A stretch of DNA of 50,115 nt from Candidatus Altiarchaeota archaeon (GTDB lineage Archaea; Altiarchaeota; Altiarchaeia; IMC4; SCGC-AAA252-I15). Position 1 is the first letter of the stretch. Each line of letters opens with the position of its first letter. Where the stretch lies: contig JAZDNF010000012.1 in NCBI GenBank assembly GCA_043800255.1, forward strand, positions 1-50,115, in the 5' to 3' direction. Under the pieces are notes generated by a model. The model was not told the origin of the DNA, did not search any database, and saw only the letters and a program-made list of their open reading frames with translations. Made by a program: the position numbers and the translations under genes. Below are positions 18,227 through 27,467 of the stretch, in pieces.

Positions 18227-19363
18227 ATGGATTCTATAGTTCATGATGCAATGAAACAGGTCGAATGGCAGGGTAGCCCGCGCTCGACTGAGAAGAAGAA
18301 GTTCTCTGACACCGACGAGGAGCTGAAGAGGATAGTAGACGGCATCGCCACGAGCATAAAAATCATTGGAGCAGGCGGGGCCGGAAGCAACACGATCGAG
18401 AGGCTGCAGGACATGGGCGTCCATGGCGGGGAGATAATAGCTGTGAACACAGACGCCCTCGACTTGTTGAACACGCCAGCTAACACGAAGATTCTCATAG
18501 GCACCAGCATAACCGGCGGAATCGGAGCAGGAAACGACCCAGAGGTTGGAGAGCAGTGCGCGGAAGTTGATGTTGAGAAGATATCCAACGCCCTGAGCGG
18601 GGCAGACATGGTGTTCATAACATGCGGCCTAGGAGGAGGGACGGGAACAGGGTCGGCGCCGGTCATAGCTGAAGTCGCAAAAGACCTTCAGGCTCTTACT
18701 GTTGGCGTCGTGACACTTCCGTTCTCTGTTGAAGGCAGGGTGAGGGCTGCCAACGCCCTGAAAGGCCTGAAAAAACTGCGAAAATACGCTGACACCGTCA
18801 TAGTCATACCAAACGACAGGCTGCTTGACATCGTGCCAAACCTGCCGTTGAACGCGGCATTCAAGGTGGCTGATGAGCTGCTGGCGAACGCAGTAAAAGG
18901 CATAACAGAGATGGTAACAAAACCTGGCCTGGTCAACCTGGACTTCGCCGACGTTCGTACCATACTAAAGGATGGCGGAAACGCGATGATAGGCCTTGGC
19001 TCATCAACAAAGGAGACCGCCATGGGAGAGCGCTCTAAGGAGTCTGTCGAAAAAGCCATACAGTCACCGCTTCTTGACACTGACATAAGCGGCGCGACCG
19101 GAGCTCTCATAAACATAATAGGCAGCAGGGACATGACACTCGAAGAGGCTGAGGAGATCGTCAGGATAGTGGCTGAGAGGATAGACCCCAACGCGGAGAT
19201 AATATGGGGTGCCCAGATTGACGAATCCTTGGACAGGAACATGATCCAGACACTGCTAATACTCTCTGGAGTCAGAATCCCCGGATATGAGGAGGACTTA
19301 GAAGAAAAAGTAGAGAAGGAATCCAGCGAACGACATTTTGACATGGGATTGAAGAGCATATAA
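18227..19363 (+). CDS. ftsZ: Cell division protein FtsZ
   Basis: 'GAGGAGSN', 'GLGGGTGTG', 'NLDFADV'; conserved ftsZ-secE-spt5 context. Confidence 0.98.
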   Translation: MDSIVHDAMKQVEWQGSPRSTEKKKFSDTDEELKRIVDGIATSIKIIGAGGAGSNTIERLQDMGVHGGEIIAVNTDALDLLNTPANTKILIGTSITGGIGAGNDPEVGEQCAEVDVEKISNALSGADMVFITCGLGGGTGTGSAPVIAEVAKDLQALTVGVVTLPFSVEGRVRAANALKGLKKLRKYADTVIVIPNDRLLDIVPNLPLNAAFKVADELLANAVKGITEMVTKPGLVNLDFADVRTILKDGGNAMIGLGSSTKETAMGERSKESVEKAIQSPLLDTDISGATGALINIIGSRDMTLEEAEEIVRIVAERIDPNAEIIWGAQIDESLDRNMIQTLLILSGVRIPGYEEDLEEKVEKESSERHFDMGLKSI

Positions 19364-19364
19364 A

Positions 19365-19544
19365 ATGGGGCTACTCCAGAAGATTGACAGAGCCTACTCA
19401 GAGACTCGTAGGATACTGAGGCTGACGAGGAAGCCGAGGAAGTCCGAATTCAACGAGACTGCCAAGATAACTGGGTTGGGCATAATAATAATAGGGGTAA
19501 TAGGTTTCCTAATATTTTTTATAGCATTGTTGATTAGAAGATAA
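19365..19544 (+). CDS. secE: Protein translocase subunit SecE (Sec61 gamma)
   Basis: Hand translation MGLLQKIDRAYSETRRILRLTRKPRKSEFNETAKITGLGIIIIGVIGFLIFFIALLIRR (59 aa); below the ORF-track cutoff. Confidence 0.95.
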   Translation: MGLLQKIDRAYSETRRILRLTRKPRKSEFNETAKITGLGIIIIGVIGFLIFFIALLIRR

Positions 19545-19548
19545 GAAC

Positions 19549-20067
19549 ATGACAATTTACGCAGTAAGGGCGACCGCGGGACAGGAGAGAGTAGTCGCTG
19601 AGATAATGTACCGTGAAGCTGTGAACAAGGGAGATGAGATAAAGGCGCAGGGCAGGAACGTAAGCGGCGTACTGTACACGACAGGGCTTAAGGGTTATGT
19701 CCTTGTTGAGGCAGACAGTCCGGGAACGGTTGAAGACCTGGCCAGGAACGTCCCCAAGACCAAGGGACTCCTCCTGAAGAGGAAGGGCGACCTCGCGTCT
19801 GCTGGCATAATATCCATAGAGGAGCTCGAGGAGACGCTCGAACCGACACCAGTAATAACAGAGGCGTCCAAAGGAGACATGATCGAACTGATATCAGGCC
19901 CCTTCAAGGGAGAGAAGGCAAGAATCGTGAGGATAGACGAGGACAAGAACTCCATCACAGTAGAACTGATAGAGGCCGCGGTTCCGATACCAGTTATCGT
20001 AAGAGGAGATGACATAAAGATAATAAAGCGCGAAAGCGATGCAGAGGAGGATAAGAAAAATGGCTGA
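19549..20067 (+). CDS. spt5: Transcription elongation factor Spt5
   Basis: 'YAVRATAGQE', 'LKGYVLVEA', KOW 'GPFKGEKA'. Confidence 0.96.
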   Translation: MTIYAVRATAGQERVVAEIMYREAVNKGDEIKAQGRNVSGVLYTTGLKGYVLVEADSPGTVEDLARNVPKTKGLLLKRKGDLASAGIISIEELEETLEPTPVITEASKGDMIELISGPFKGEKARIVRIDEDKNSITVELIEAAVPIPVIVRGDDIKIIKRESDAEEDKKNG

Positions 20068-20536
20068 ACAGACAATAGAAGTCCTAGTTGACGGCGGAAA
20101 CGCGAATCCTGGGCCGCCGCTCGGACCTGCATTAGGGCCCATGGGCGTTAACACCGCCCAGGTGGTTAAGGCTATAAACGAGAAGACCAAAGGGTATGCG
20201 GGCATGAAGGTTCCAGTGAAGGTCAAAGTCGACACAAGCACGAAATCATTTGAGGTTACGGTCGGAAGCCCGCCAACTTCAGCACTCATAAAAAAGGAGA
20301 TAGGCCTGGAGAAGGGGACGAAGGACGGGCAGCCTGTTGGTGACATAACACTCGAAAAGGTGATTGGGATAGCCAAGTTGAAGAGAGACAGCCTGCTCGC
20401 TAAAGACCTGAAGGCTGCGACCAAGGAGATTGTGGGAGTCTGCAAGACTCTTGGCGTGACGGTCGACGGCAAAAGTCCGAAAGAGGTTACTGCCGCAATA
20501 GCAAAGGGAGAATACGACACGTCCTTCAAGAATTAG
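20060..20536 (+). CDS. rpl11: 50S ribosomal protein L11 (uL11)
   Basis: 'GGNANPGPPLGPALGP', 'PPTSALI'; ATG at 20060. Confidence 0.97.
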   Translation: MAEQTIEVLVDGGNANPGPPLGPALGPMGVNTAQVVKAINEKTKGYAGMKVPVKVKVDTSTKSFEVTVGSPPTSALIKKEIGLEKGTKDGQPVGDITLEKVIGIAKLKRDSLLAKDLKAATKEIVGVCKTLGVTVDGKSPKEVTAAIAKGEYDTSFKN

Positions 20537-20565
20537 TTTTTATAGTGGTTTTGCATATAATATAA

Positions 20566-20606
20566 GACCCGTTTCACTATCTGCCTAAAGCAGATAGGAG
20601 GATGTC
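20566..20606 (+). promoter_or_regulatory. Hairpin leader overlapping the rpl1 Shine-Dalgarno; candidate L1 autoregulatory site
   Basis: ctatctgc-ctaaa-gcagatag stem directly joined to GGAGG; TATA-like tttttata at about 20537. Confidence 0.55.
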
Positions 20607-21239
20607 ATGGAAAAGAATGAGATAACAGCCAAGGTATCAGAGGCTATTCAGAAGTCGAAGAAGAGGAATTTCGTGCAGACCGTAGAGGTTAACTTTAACT
20701 TCTCCAACATCAACATAGAAAGCGCAGAGCACAAGCTGAACCTGAACATCTTCCTTCCGAAGGGCAGAGGCAAGGATATTGAGATCGGAGTGTTCGCCGA
20801 CGGCGACATGAACGTGAAGGCGAAAAAGCACTCAAAGCACGTTATGGACCGGAAGGATGTCGAAGCGCACACCAAGAACAGGAGGAACATGCGAAGGTTC
20901 GCAGACCAGTGTTATGGTTTCATAGCGCAGGCTGACATGATGTCACTCATCGGTAAGAATTGGGGCGTTGTCCTAGCTCCGAGAGGCAAGATGCCGCAGC
21001 CGGTTCCGCAGAACGCTGACATAAAGACTATCTTAGAGCGCCAGAAGAACACCATAAAGATAAAGTCGAAAAAGAACCCGTGCGTGCATGTTCCAATAGG
21101 AACGGAAGCCATGACGCCAGACGACCTGGCTGAGAACTTCATGACGGTCTACAATGCCATCGAGCAGAAAATAGGGAAAGAGAACATAAAGTCAGTTCAC
21201 GTAAAGACAACGATGGGTGAGGCGGTGAGCATATGGTAG
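20607..21239 (+). CDS. rpl1: 50S ribosomal protein L1 (uL1)
   Basis: 'KKRNFVQTVE', 'LPKGRGK', 'PRGKMP', 'VKTTMG'. Confidence 0.97.
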   Translation: MEKNEITAKVSEAIQKSKKRNFVQTVEVNFNFSNINIESAEHKLNLNIFLPKGRGKDIEIGVFADGDMNVKAKKHSKHVMDRKDVEAHTKNRRNMRRFADQCYGFIAQADMMSLIGKNWGVVLAPRGKMPQPVPQNADIKTILERQKNTIKIKSKKNPCVHVPIGTEAMTPDDLAENFMTVYNAIEQKIGKENIKSVHVKTTMGEAVSIW

Positions 21240-22108
21240 CTGAGTGGAAGAAGGGCTTCACAAAGGACCTTAAGAAGGAGATATCCTCCAGCAAGGTTGT
21301 TGGCCTAGTAAGGATAACTGGGATTCCCTCAAAGCAGCTGCAGGTCATGAGGAAGAAGCTGACAGGCAACGCCAACCTCAGGATAGTTAAGAACAACCTC
21401 CTCAAGAGAGCTCTTGAGCAGGCTAACATCAAAAACCTCGGGGAGCATGTTGACGGCCCGACAGGAATAGTCTTCTCCGAACTGGACCCGTTTAGGTTGG
21501 AGAAACTCCTGCAGGAGGGTAAGACGCGGGCGAAGGCAAAACCGGGGAGCATAGCGCCGTCAGACATAATAATACCAAAAGGGGACACGCCATTCCCGCC
21601 TGGCCCCATTATCGGAGAACTGCAGACCGTCGGCGTGAAGGCGAGAATCCAGGGCGGGAAGATAGTCATTACAGAAGACTCAAAAGTCGCCTCAGAAGGC
21701 GATGTCATATCACAGGAGCTTGCCAACGTGCTCGGCAGGCTAGGATTGGAGCCGTTCGAAATAGGGCTGAAGTTGAATGCAGCCTACGACGGCGAACTTA
21801 TATACGCAGGCGACGTGCTCAGGATAGACGCCGAGGGCACTCTCACGAAGTTAAGACAGGCTTACGGTTCATCGCTGAGCTTAGCGCTCAACGCCAATAT
21901 TTTCAACAGCCTGACTATGCCCTACTTCATAAGGGAGGCGTCAGCCAATGCAAAGGCTCTTGCATACAACGCAGAGATACTGACAGAAGAGACTGTGGGA
22001 TACTTCATGGCCAAGGCGAACGCGCAAGCAGCCAAGATATCTGCAATGATTCCAGAAACCGCGCCAGAACCTGAAAAGAAAGATGAAGGCCCTCAGGAGT
22101 CAACATAG
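21233..22108 (+). CDS. rpl10: 50S ribosomal protein L10 (P0, uL10)
   Basis: 'VAEWKK', 'KNNLL', 'G.IAP.DI.IP.G.T.FPPGP'. Confidence 0.96.
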   Translation: MVAEWKKGFTKDLKKEISSSKVVGLVRITGIPSKQLQVMRKKLTGNANLRIVKNNLLKRALEQANIKNLGEHVDGPTGIVFSELDPFRLEKLLQEGKTRAKAKPGSIAPSDIIIPKGDTPFPPGPIIGELQTVGVKARIQGGKIVITEDSKVASEGDVISQELANVLGRLGLEPFEIGLKLNAAYDGELIYAGDVLRIDAEGTLTKLRQAYGSSLSLALNANIFNSLTMPYFIREASANAKALAYNAEILTEETVGYFMAKANAQAAKISAMIPETAPEPEKKDEGPQEST

Positions 22109-22371
22109 TATTCTTTTTCTGAGCCTCTAGGTTGAGAAGGCATGTTTTTGGCTATGCGATACGCATCGCCTGCCGCGACTATGCTAACGGCAATATTCAA
22201 GACCGTCCCAGCATCAGACACCATGCCCTGGAAGCTGTAAGCGACGCCGGCTGTCAGAATCTCAAGGGCGAAGAACGCTAGCGCCCTCCGGTTTCTGCCT
22301 GCATAGAGCTGCCCCAGACCCGCGACCACAAACGACAGTACCGCAGCCAGCCAGGGATTCCTTGATGCCAT
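22093..22371 (-). CDS. Small membrane protein (TM2/DUF5683-like)
   Basis: 'NPWLAAVLSFVVAGLGQLYAG' motif. Confidence 0.75.
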   Translation of the reverse strand: MASRNPWLAAVLSFVVAGLGQLYAGRNRRALAFFALEILTAGVAYSFQGMVSDAGTVLNIAVSIVAAGDAYRIAKNMPSQPRGSEKEYYVDS

Positions 22372-22401
22372 CCTGTTAAAATATACAGGTAATAAATTAT
22401 A

Positions 22402-23193
22402 ATGGCAATGGAAGTCGAGATAGACCTCAAGAAGACAGTGGTTGAAAACGCGAACACGTATTATGAGAAGGCCAAACAGTGCAGGCGGAAAATCGACGGG
22501 GCAAAAAAGGCGTTGTCTAACACTGAGAGCAGGCCATCCAAGAGGAAGGCAGAAACCATCAGGATAAGGAAAAAATCAGACTTGAGATGGTATGAAACTT
22601 TCAGATGGTTCACAAGCTCGGACGGCTTTCTGGTTGTCGGAGGAAAAGACGCGACCTCCAATGAAACTCTGATAAAAAAGCACACGAACGCTGCAGACAT
22701 GGTATTCCATGCGAACGTTCAAGGCGCGCCCTTCTTCGTGGTGAATAATCCGGACGAGAAGGACATCCCTGCAACGACCTTGGAGGAGGCTGCACAGGCC
22801 TCAGCCGCCTACAGCAGCGCTTGGAAGGCTGGCGCAGGAAGCTGCGACGTATATGCTGTGAAACCCGAACAGCTATCAAAGACCCCGGAAAGCGGCGAAT
22901 ACCTTGCAAAAGGGGCGTTCGTCGTCAGAGGCACGCGAGAATGGCACAAGAACGTTGCGCTCAGAGTCTGCATAGGATTCTCATCCAATGACTGTCGAGT
23001 GTTCGGTGGACCGGAGGGGATAAGCGGAACTCTTAACGCCTACATCATCCTTGAGCCAGGAGACAGAAAGACGGCTGATACGGCGAAGGATATAAGAGAA
23101 TATCTGAGAAAGAAGATTAACGTCGACCTTCCTCTCGAAGAAATCCAGAGATGGATTCCGTCAGGAGGGTCGCACATACGCGAAAAAAGATGA
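22402..23193 (+). CDS. NFACT-R (DUF814) domain protein, short RqcH/NEMF homologue
   Basis: 'ENANTYYEKAK', 'WYETFRWF.SSDG.LVVGGKDA..NE', 'SKTPESGEYLAKGAFVVRG'. Confidence 0.88.
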   Translation: MAMEVEIDLKKTVVENANTYYEKAKQCRRKIDGAKKALSNTESRPSKRKAETIRIRKKSDLRWYETFRWFTSSDGFLVVGGKDATSNETLIKKHTNAADMVFHANVQGAPFFVVNNPDEKDIPATTLEEAAQASAAYSSAWKAGAGSCDVYAVKPEQLSKTPESGEYLAKGAFVVRGTREWHKNVALRVCIGFSSNDCRVFGGPEGISGTLNAYIILEPGDRKTADTAKDIREYLRKKINVDLPLEEIQRWIPSGGSHIREKR

Positions 23194-23813
23194 GGAATAC
23201 CTTAGTATACGTTGCGCTCATGGTTTTGGTCGGAGGATGCCTGACGGGTGAGAGCTGCAGATACGAGACGATAAACGTTACATCAACCGAGCTCACCGTC
23301 GACATGGTACCAAGGAACCAGACCAGGATGGCAGGAGACTGGGAACCGTACGTGAAAAAGGATGTGATAGCCTACCCGCTCTCCCATGAGATTGTCGAGC
23401 ACACAGCTGGCAACACAAAATGGCCTGTCAAGGACGAATACTCCGAGCACTTCGACTACAGGAACTTCGACCAGAACATAACAGCGAACATAAGGGCTAA
23501 AGTGAGGAACACTGACAACATCACAGGAAACTTCACTGTCATCGCTACAATAGATTTTGATGATGGTTCTTCAAGCATTAACAGGACAGTAGAATTGGAT
23601 GCTGGAGAAACAAAGGAGGTTCTGTTCGAGTTTAACATCAGCCGCGAGCAGGACTGGGAGTATACTCTCAAGGTAACGCCAGACGTGAGGGAGGTTGAAG
23701 TCTACAATTTGGATAAGGTCATGTCTGATAAGCCGACGACATACGTTGACTACGATTACGTGAAAAAGGTAACTGATGTTATAAAAAACCATACCATAAG
23801 GAGATGCGACTAG
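23190..23813 (+). CDS. Hypothetical lipoprotein with beta-rich domain
   Basis: ATG at 23190, hydrophobic signal and lipobox 'VGGC'; 'NTDNITGNFTV...LDAGETKEV.F' Ig-like segment. Confidence 0.7.
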   Translation: MRNTLVYVALMVLVGGCLTGESCRYETINVTSTELTVDMVPRNQTRMAGDWEPYVKKDVIAYPLSHEIVEHTAGNTKWPVKDEYSEHFDYRNFDQNITANIRAKVRNTDNITGNFTVIATIDFDDGSSSINRTVELDAGETKEVLFEFNISREQDWEYTLKVTPDVREVEVYNLDKVMSDKPTTYVDYDYVKKVTDVIKNHTIRRCD

Positions 23814-24832
23814 TCCTTCAGAAAAAAGCGCTTGAACTTAAATAACAGCCAGAAAGCTACCATAGCTGTCAGGGAAAAAGCTATGACAGTCTCAGACCGG
23901 ACGTACTCTGCCCGCAGGTTAGCAAGATACAGTATTATTGGAACTCCGAGAACGATGACACGCTCCAGCATCCTCAGCTCAGAAAGCTTAACGGAGACGA
24001 ATACCACTGGAAGAGAGACCAGCAGTACAACATTCGAAGCCAATAGTATGACGACGAGGCCTCTAAGCACGGCAGATATGACGCCAGAAAGAGGGTAATA
24101 CCCGAGGACTATGTCGCTCTCCGAGAGAAAAAAGACCGCTAGCAATAGGATTATTGAAAAAAGGGAGCTTAGAGGATGGCTTACCAGGGAATGGAGGACG
24201 TTCTTTATGTCGTGGGATGAGGGAGCTGAACCTAAAGCCATGCAAAACTTGAGATATAACGCTAGAAGCGCGACTGGCGCTGAAACCTTGAAGAAAGCCT
24301 GCCAAAAATCCTGCAAGAGCGATAATATGCTGCCAACAGAACTGAACTCAACGTCATGGAATATCAGAGTAGAATTACCCTGCAGAGCATCAAGAACAAG
24401 GAGGATGAGCCCGCATCCGAAGAAAGGCGAGAAACCGATGAGAAGGTCCCTTATTGCAGACCACTTGTCCCTCGGCTGCGAATAATCAACATATCCCAGG
24501 ACGCCTCTCTGAGGATTGAACGTGAAAAGCGACGCCTCGACAAGAGTCGCGCCAGACAAGACGACAGCAAAGAGGTGGGATATCTCATGCACGATGGTGC
24601 CTGGAGCTATTACCAGGTTGAACAATCTGCGCTTCATCCTGAAACCGTAGATCAGATAGAGCTCGAGGATGTCGTTCAAGAAAACCTGGACCCCGAAGAG
24701 GAACAAAAGCATCACAACATACTCCCTGACCATGAAACCATCAAGCCCGTGCCATGCGACCAAGGAAAGCAGGAAAAACGCGATGATATAGCCCAGACGC
24801 GTGCGGAATATCATAGATGGCAGACCAGACAT
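23810..24832 (-). CDS. Membrane protein with HEXXH motif (M50-like metalloprotease)
   Basis: 'APGTIVHEISH', 'LGYV', 'LIGFSPFF', 'APSSHDI'; many TMs. Confidence 0.75.
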   Translation of the reverse strand: MSGLPSMIFRTRLGYIIAFFLLSLVAWHGLDGFMVREYVVMLLFLFGVQVFLNDILELYLIYGFRMKRRLFNLVIAPGTIVHEISHLFAVVLSGATLVEASLFTFNPQRGVLGYVDYSQPRDKWSAIRDLLIGFSPFFGCGLILLVLDALQGNSTLIFHDVEFSSVGSILSLLQDFWQAFFKVSAPVALLALYLKFCMALGSAPSSHDIKNVLHSLVSHPLSSLFSIILLLAVFFLSESDIVLGYYPLSGVISAVLRGLVVILLASNVVLLVSLPVVFVSVKLSELRMLERVIVLGVPIILYLANLRAEYVRSETVIAFSLTAMVAFWLLFKFKRFFLKD

Positions 24833-24864
24833 CATTATAAATTAAGCGAACCTGAAATAATAAG

Positions 24865-25956
24865 ATGGTCTCGGCAGAGGAGAAGATAAAACAGATCGAG
24901 GAGGAGATAAGCTCGACACCCTACAACAAGGCCAGCCAGCATCACATAGGGAAGCTGAAGGCAAAGCTCGCCCAGCTCAGGGAAAAAACAGAGAATGCGA
25001 AAAAAGGCGGGGGCGGATACGGCTTCGGCCTGAAGAAGGAGGGCGATGCAACAGCGGTTTTGGTCGGCTTCCCCTCAGTCGGAAAATCCACACTCCTCAA
25101 CAAGCTCACGAACGCGGAGTCGAGGGTTGCAGCCTACGAGTTCACAACGCTTGATGTCATCCCAGGCATGATGGAACACCAGAAAGTGAAGGTCCAGATA
25201 CTGGATCTCCCCGGGGTTATATCAGGGGCTTCGATAGGGAAGGGGAGAGGCAGGGAGGCCCTATCGATCGTCAGGAACGCTGACCTGGTGCTTATAATGG
25301 TTGATGTGATGAGCCCTGGCAGGTTCTATGATATAGAAAAAGAGCTGTACAATGTTGGTGTCAGGATGAACCAGAACCCCCCGAAAATCAGGATAGAAAA
25401 GACGTCAAAGGGGGGAATACTGGTGACCTCAACCATAAAGAACAATCTCGAGAAGGCGACTGTCAGCGCCATCTTAAGCGCCTACGGCATCCACAACGCA
25501 AACGTTACAATGTATGAGAACGTCGACGAGGACACCCTGATAGACCATATGATGGGAAACAGGGTATACGTTCCGTCACTGACAATCGTCAACAAAATCG
25601 ACAGAGCGCCTGAAGAGCAGGCTCATGCCATCGCGGCCAAGCTGCCGGACTGCGTACTGATTTCCGCGGACTCAAACAGGAATCTCGAGGTCTTGAAGGA
25701 CAGGATAATAGAAAAACTGAGTTTCATAAGAGTCTACATGAGGCCGCAAGGAGGAGAACCAGACTACAAGGAACCCCTCATCATAAGGGAGGGAGCGACC
25801 ATCAACGACCTCTGCGAAAAACTGCACACATCCTTCAGGAAAAAACTGAGATATGCGCTGATATGGGGGCTGTCAGTAAAACACGACGGCCAGAGGAAGG
25901 GGCCGACTCACAGACTAAGGGATGGCGACGTTGTGACACTGATTCTCAAACGATGA
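24865..25956 (+). CDS. drg: DRG-family Obg-like GTPase with TGS domain
   Basis: 'VGFPSVGKST', 'YEFTTL', 'DLPG', 'NKID', C-terminal TGS. Confidence 0.95.
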   Translation: MVSAEEKIKQIEEEISSTPYNKASQHHIGKLKAKLAQLREKTENAKKGGGGYGFGLKKEGDATAVLVGFPSVGKSTLLNKLTNAESRVAAYEFTTLDVIPGMMEHQKVKVQILDLPGVISGASIGKGRGREALSIVRNADLVLIMVDVMSPGRFYDIEKELYNVGVRMNQNPPKIRIEKTSKGGILVTSTIKNNLEKATVSAILSAYGIHNANVTMYENVDEDTLIDHMMGNRVYVPSLTIVNKIDRAPEEQAHAIAAKLPDCVLISADSNRNLEVLKDRIIEKLSFIRVYMRPQGGEPDYKEPLIIREGATINDLCEKLHTSFRKKLRYALIWGLSVKHDGQRKGPTHRLRDGDVVTLILKR

Positions 25957-25957
25957 G

Positions 25958-26110
25958 CTAGCCCTTCTCAAAGTATTTGCACGCAGAACAGTACCACTGG
26001 GACTGCAGGGAATCGTTCACTATCGGACCGTGCGCGACCATCTCGTTAGAACATCTGTCGCCGCTTCGGAAACGACAGACACGATTGTTTTCGTTCAGAG
26101 AGAGGTTCAT
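25958..26110 (-). CDS. 50-aa four-cysteine microprotein, possible Zn finger
   Basis: Hand translation MNLSLNENNRVCRFRSGDRCSNEMVAHGPIVNDSLQSQWYCSACKYFEKG; stop abuts the drg stop. Confidence 0.55.
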   Translation of the reverse strand: MNLSLNENNRVCRFRSGDRCSNEMVAHGPIVNDSLQSQWYCSACKYFEKG

Positions 26111-26182
26111 ACCGTAGAGTATGCGAATAAAAAAATAAAAAAGACTTTTTATTTTTAAATGATAACGTCCTTATATATTGTT

Positions 26183-26235
26183 CGTTGTGGGTGCCTGGGA
26201 AACCAACCACACCCCCCTTCCCAGGCATTCCAACG
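26183..26235 (+). other. Strong hairpin with 16-nt C-rich loop; candidate small RNA or leader
   Basis: gtgcctgggaa / ttcccaggcat stem extended by cgttg/caacg; loop accaaccacacccccc. Confidence 0.5.
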
Positions 26236-26275
26236 TACATCTTGCTTTTTACTGTCTAATCTCTTTCTTAACATC

Positions 26276-27448
26276 ATGCCAGAGGACGTAATGCGGGTCG
26301 AGTTGGAGGACAAGACTGTTTTTCTCGTTGGAACAGCCCACATATCCAAGACGCGCGCGGAAACCGTAATATAAGTAATCGACTCTGAGAAGCCTGACGT
26401 CGTCGCCGTCGAACTGTGCGAGCAGAGGAAGAACGCACTGGTCGACGAGAAAAAATGGGATGAGACTGAGATAACTGATGTCATAAAATCAGGCAGGACG
26501 AGCCTGTTCCTAACACAGCTATTCCTTTCCAACTTCCAGAGGAAGCTGGGCGACGAAGTTGGAGTGAAACCTGGCGCCGAGATGCTGGAGGCAGTAAGGA
26601 TGGCGCAGGAGAGGGGCATACGGGTTGAACTAGTGGACAGGGACATCAAAGTGACATTGAACAGGGCGCAACGGCGTCTAGGATTTTTCGAGAAGATGAA
26701 ACTGTTTTACGGCCTACTCGAGGATGTTCTAGGGGGGGTGAAGATAACTGAGGAGACGATAGAGGCGCTTAAAAAGAAGGATATGATAACAGAGCTGCTC
26801 GACGAGCTTTCCAGAGAGGTCCCAACGCTCAAGGAAACCCTAGTGGATGAGAGGGACAGGTACATAGCCTACAGGATTCTGACGCTTGAGGGGAAGAAAA
26901 TCGTCGGCGTTGTGGGGGCAGGACACGTCAATGGGATAGCGAAAATCCTCATGCAGGTAAAAGACAGGTCCGGCTTGGATGAGAAGGTATCAGCCTTAAA
27001 CGCCGTAGACGAAAGGAAAAGCAAAATCCTGTACTTGGGGTACATTATGACTGCATTGTTCGGGCTGATCCTGATTTGGGGCTTCCTGAAACATGATATT
27101 GGGTTTACGTTATCCCTCTTCCTCAAGTGGTTTTTGATACACGGGATACTGTCTGCAATTGGAGCGGCCATAGCATTCGGACATCCGCTAACAATCCTGA
27201 CCGCCTTCCTGGTCGCGCCATTCACGTCGCTCAATCCCACAATAGCGGCCGGATGGTTTGCAGGGGCAATGGAACTCAGGATGAGAAAGCCCAGGGTGGC
27301 GGACTTCAAAGAGCTTTTCAAGCTGAATTCAGTAAGAGACTACTGGGGCAACAGGGTAACGAGGATATTTCTGGTGATAGTGTTCGCAAACCTCGGCAGT
27401 TCGATAGGGACATTCATAGCCCTGCCATACCTTGCAGCATTAATTTAA
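26276..27448 (+). pseudogene. traB: TraB/GumN (pheromone shutdown) family gene with in-frame TAA at 26372-26374; pseudogene or sequencing error
   Basis: One frame reads 'LVGTAHIS....ETVI*VIDSEKPDVVAVELC' and continues into 'PGAEM', 'DRDI', 'LVDERD', 'VVGAGH'. Confidence 0.85.
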
Positions 27449-27467
27449 AAAGAGTTATAAGATTACC

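Noticed and set aside
26372-26374. Sec/Pyl recoding or alternative genetic code in traB
   Set aside because: The codon is TAA, which ends many genes here; Sec and Pyl use TGA and TAG
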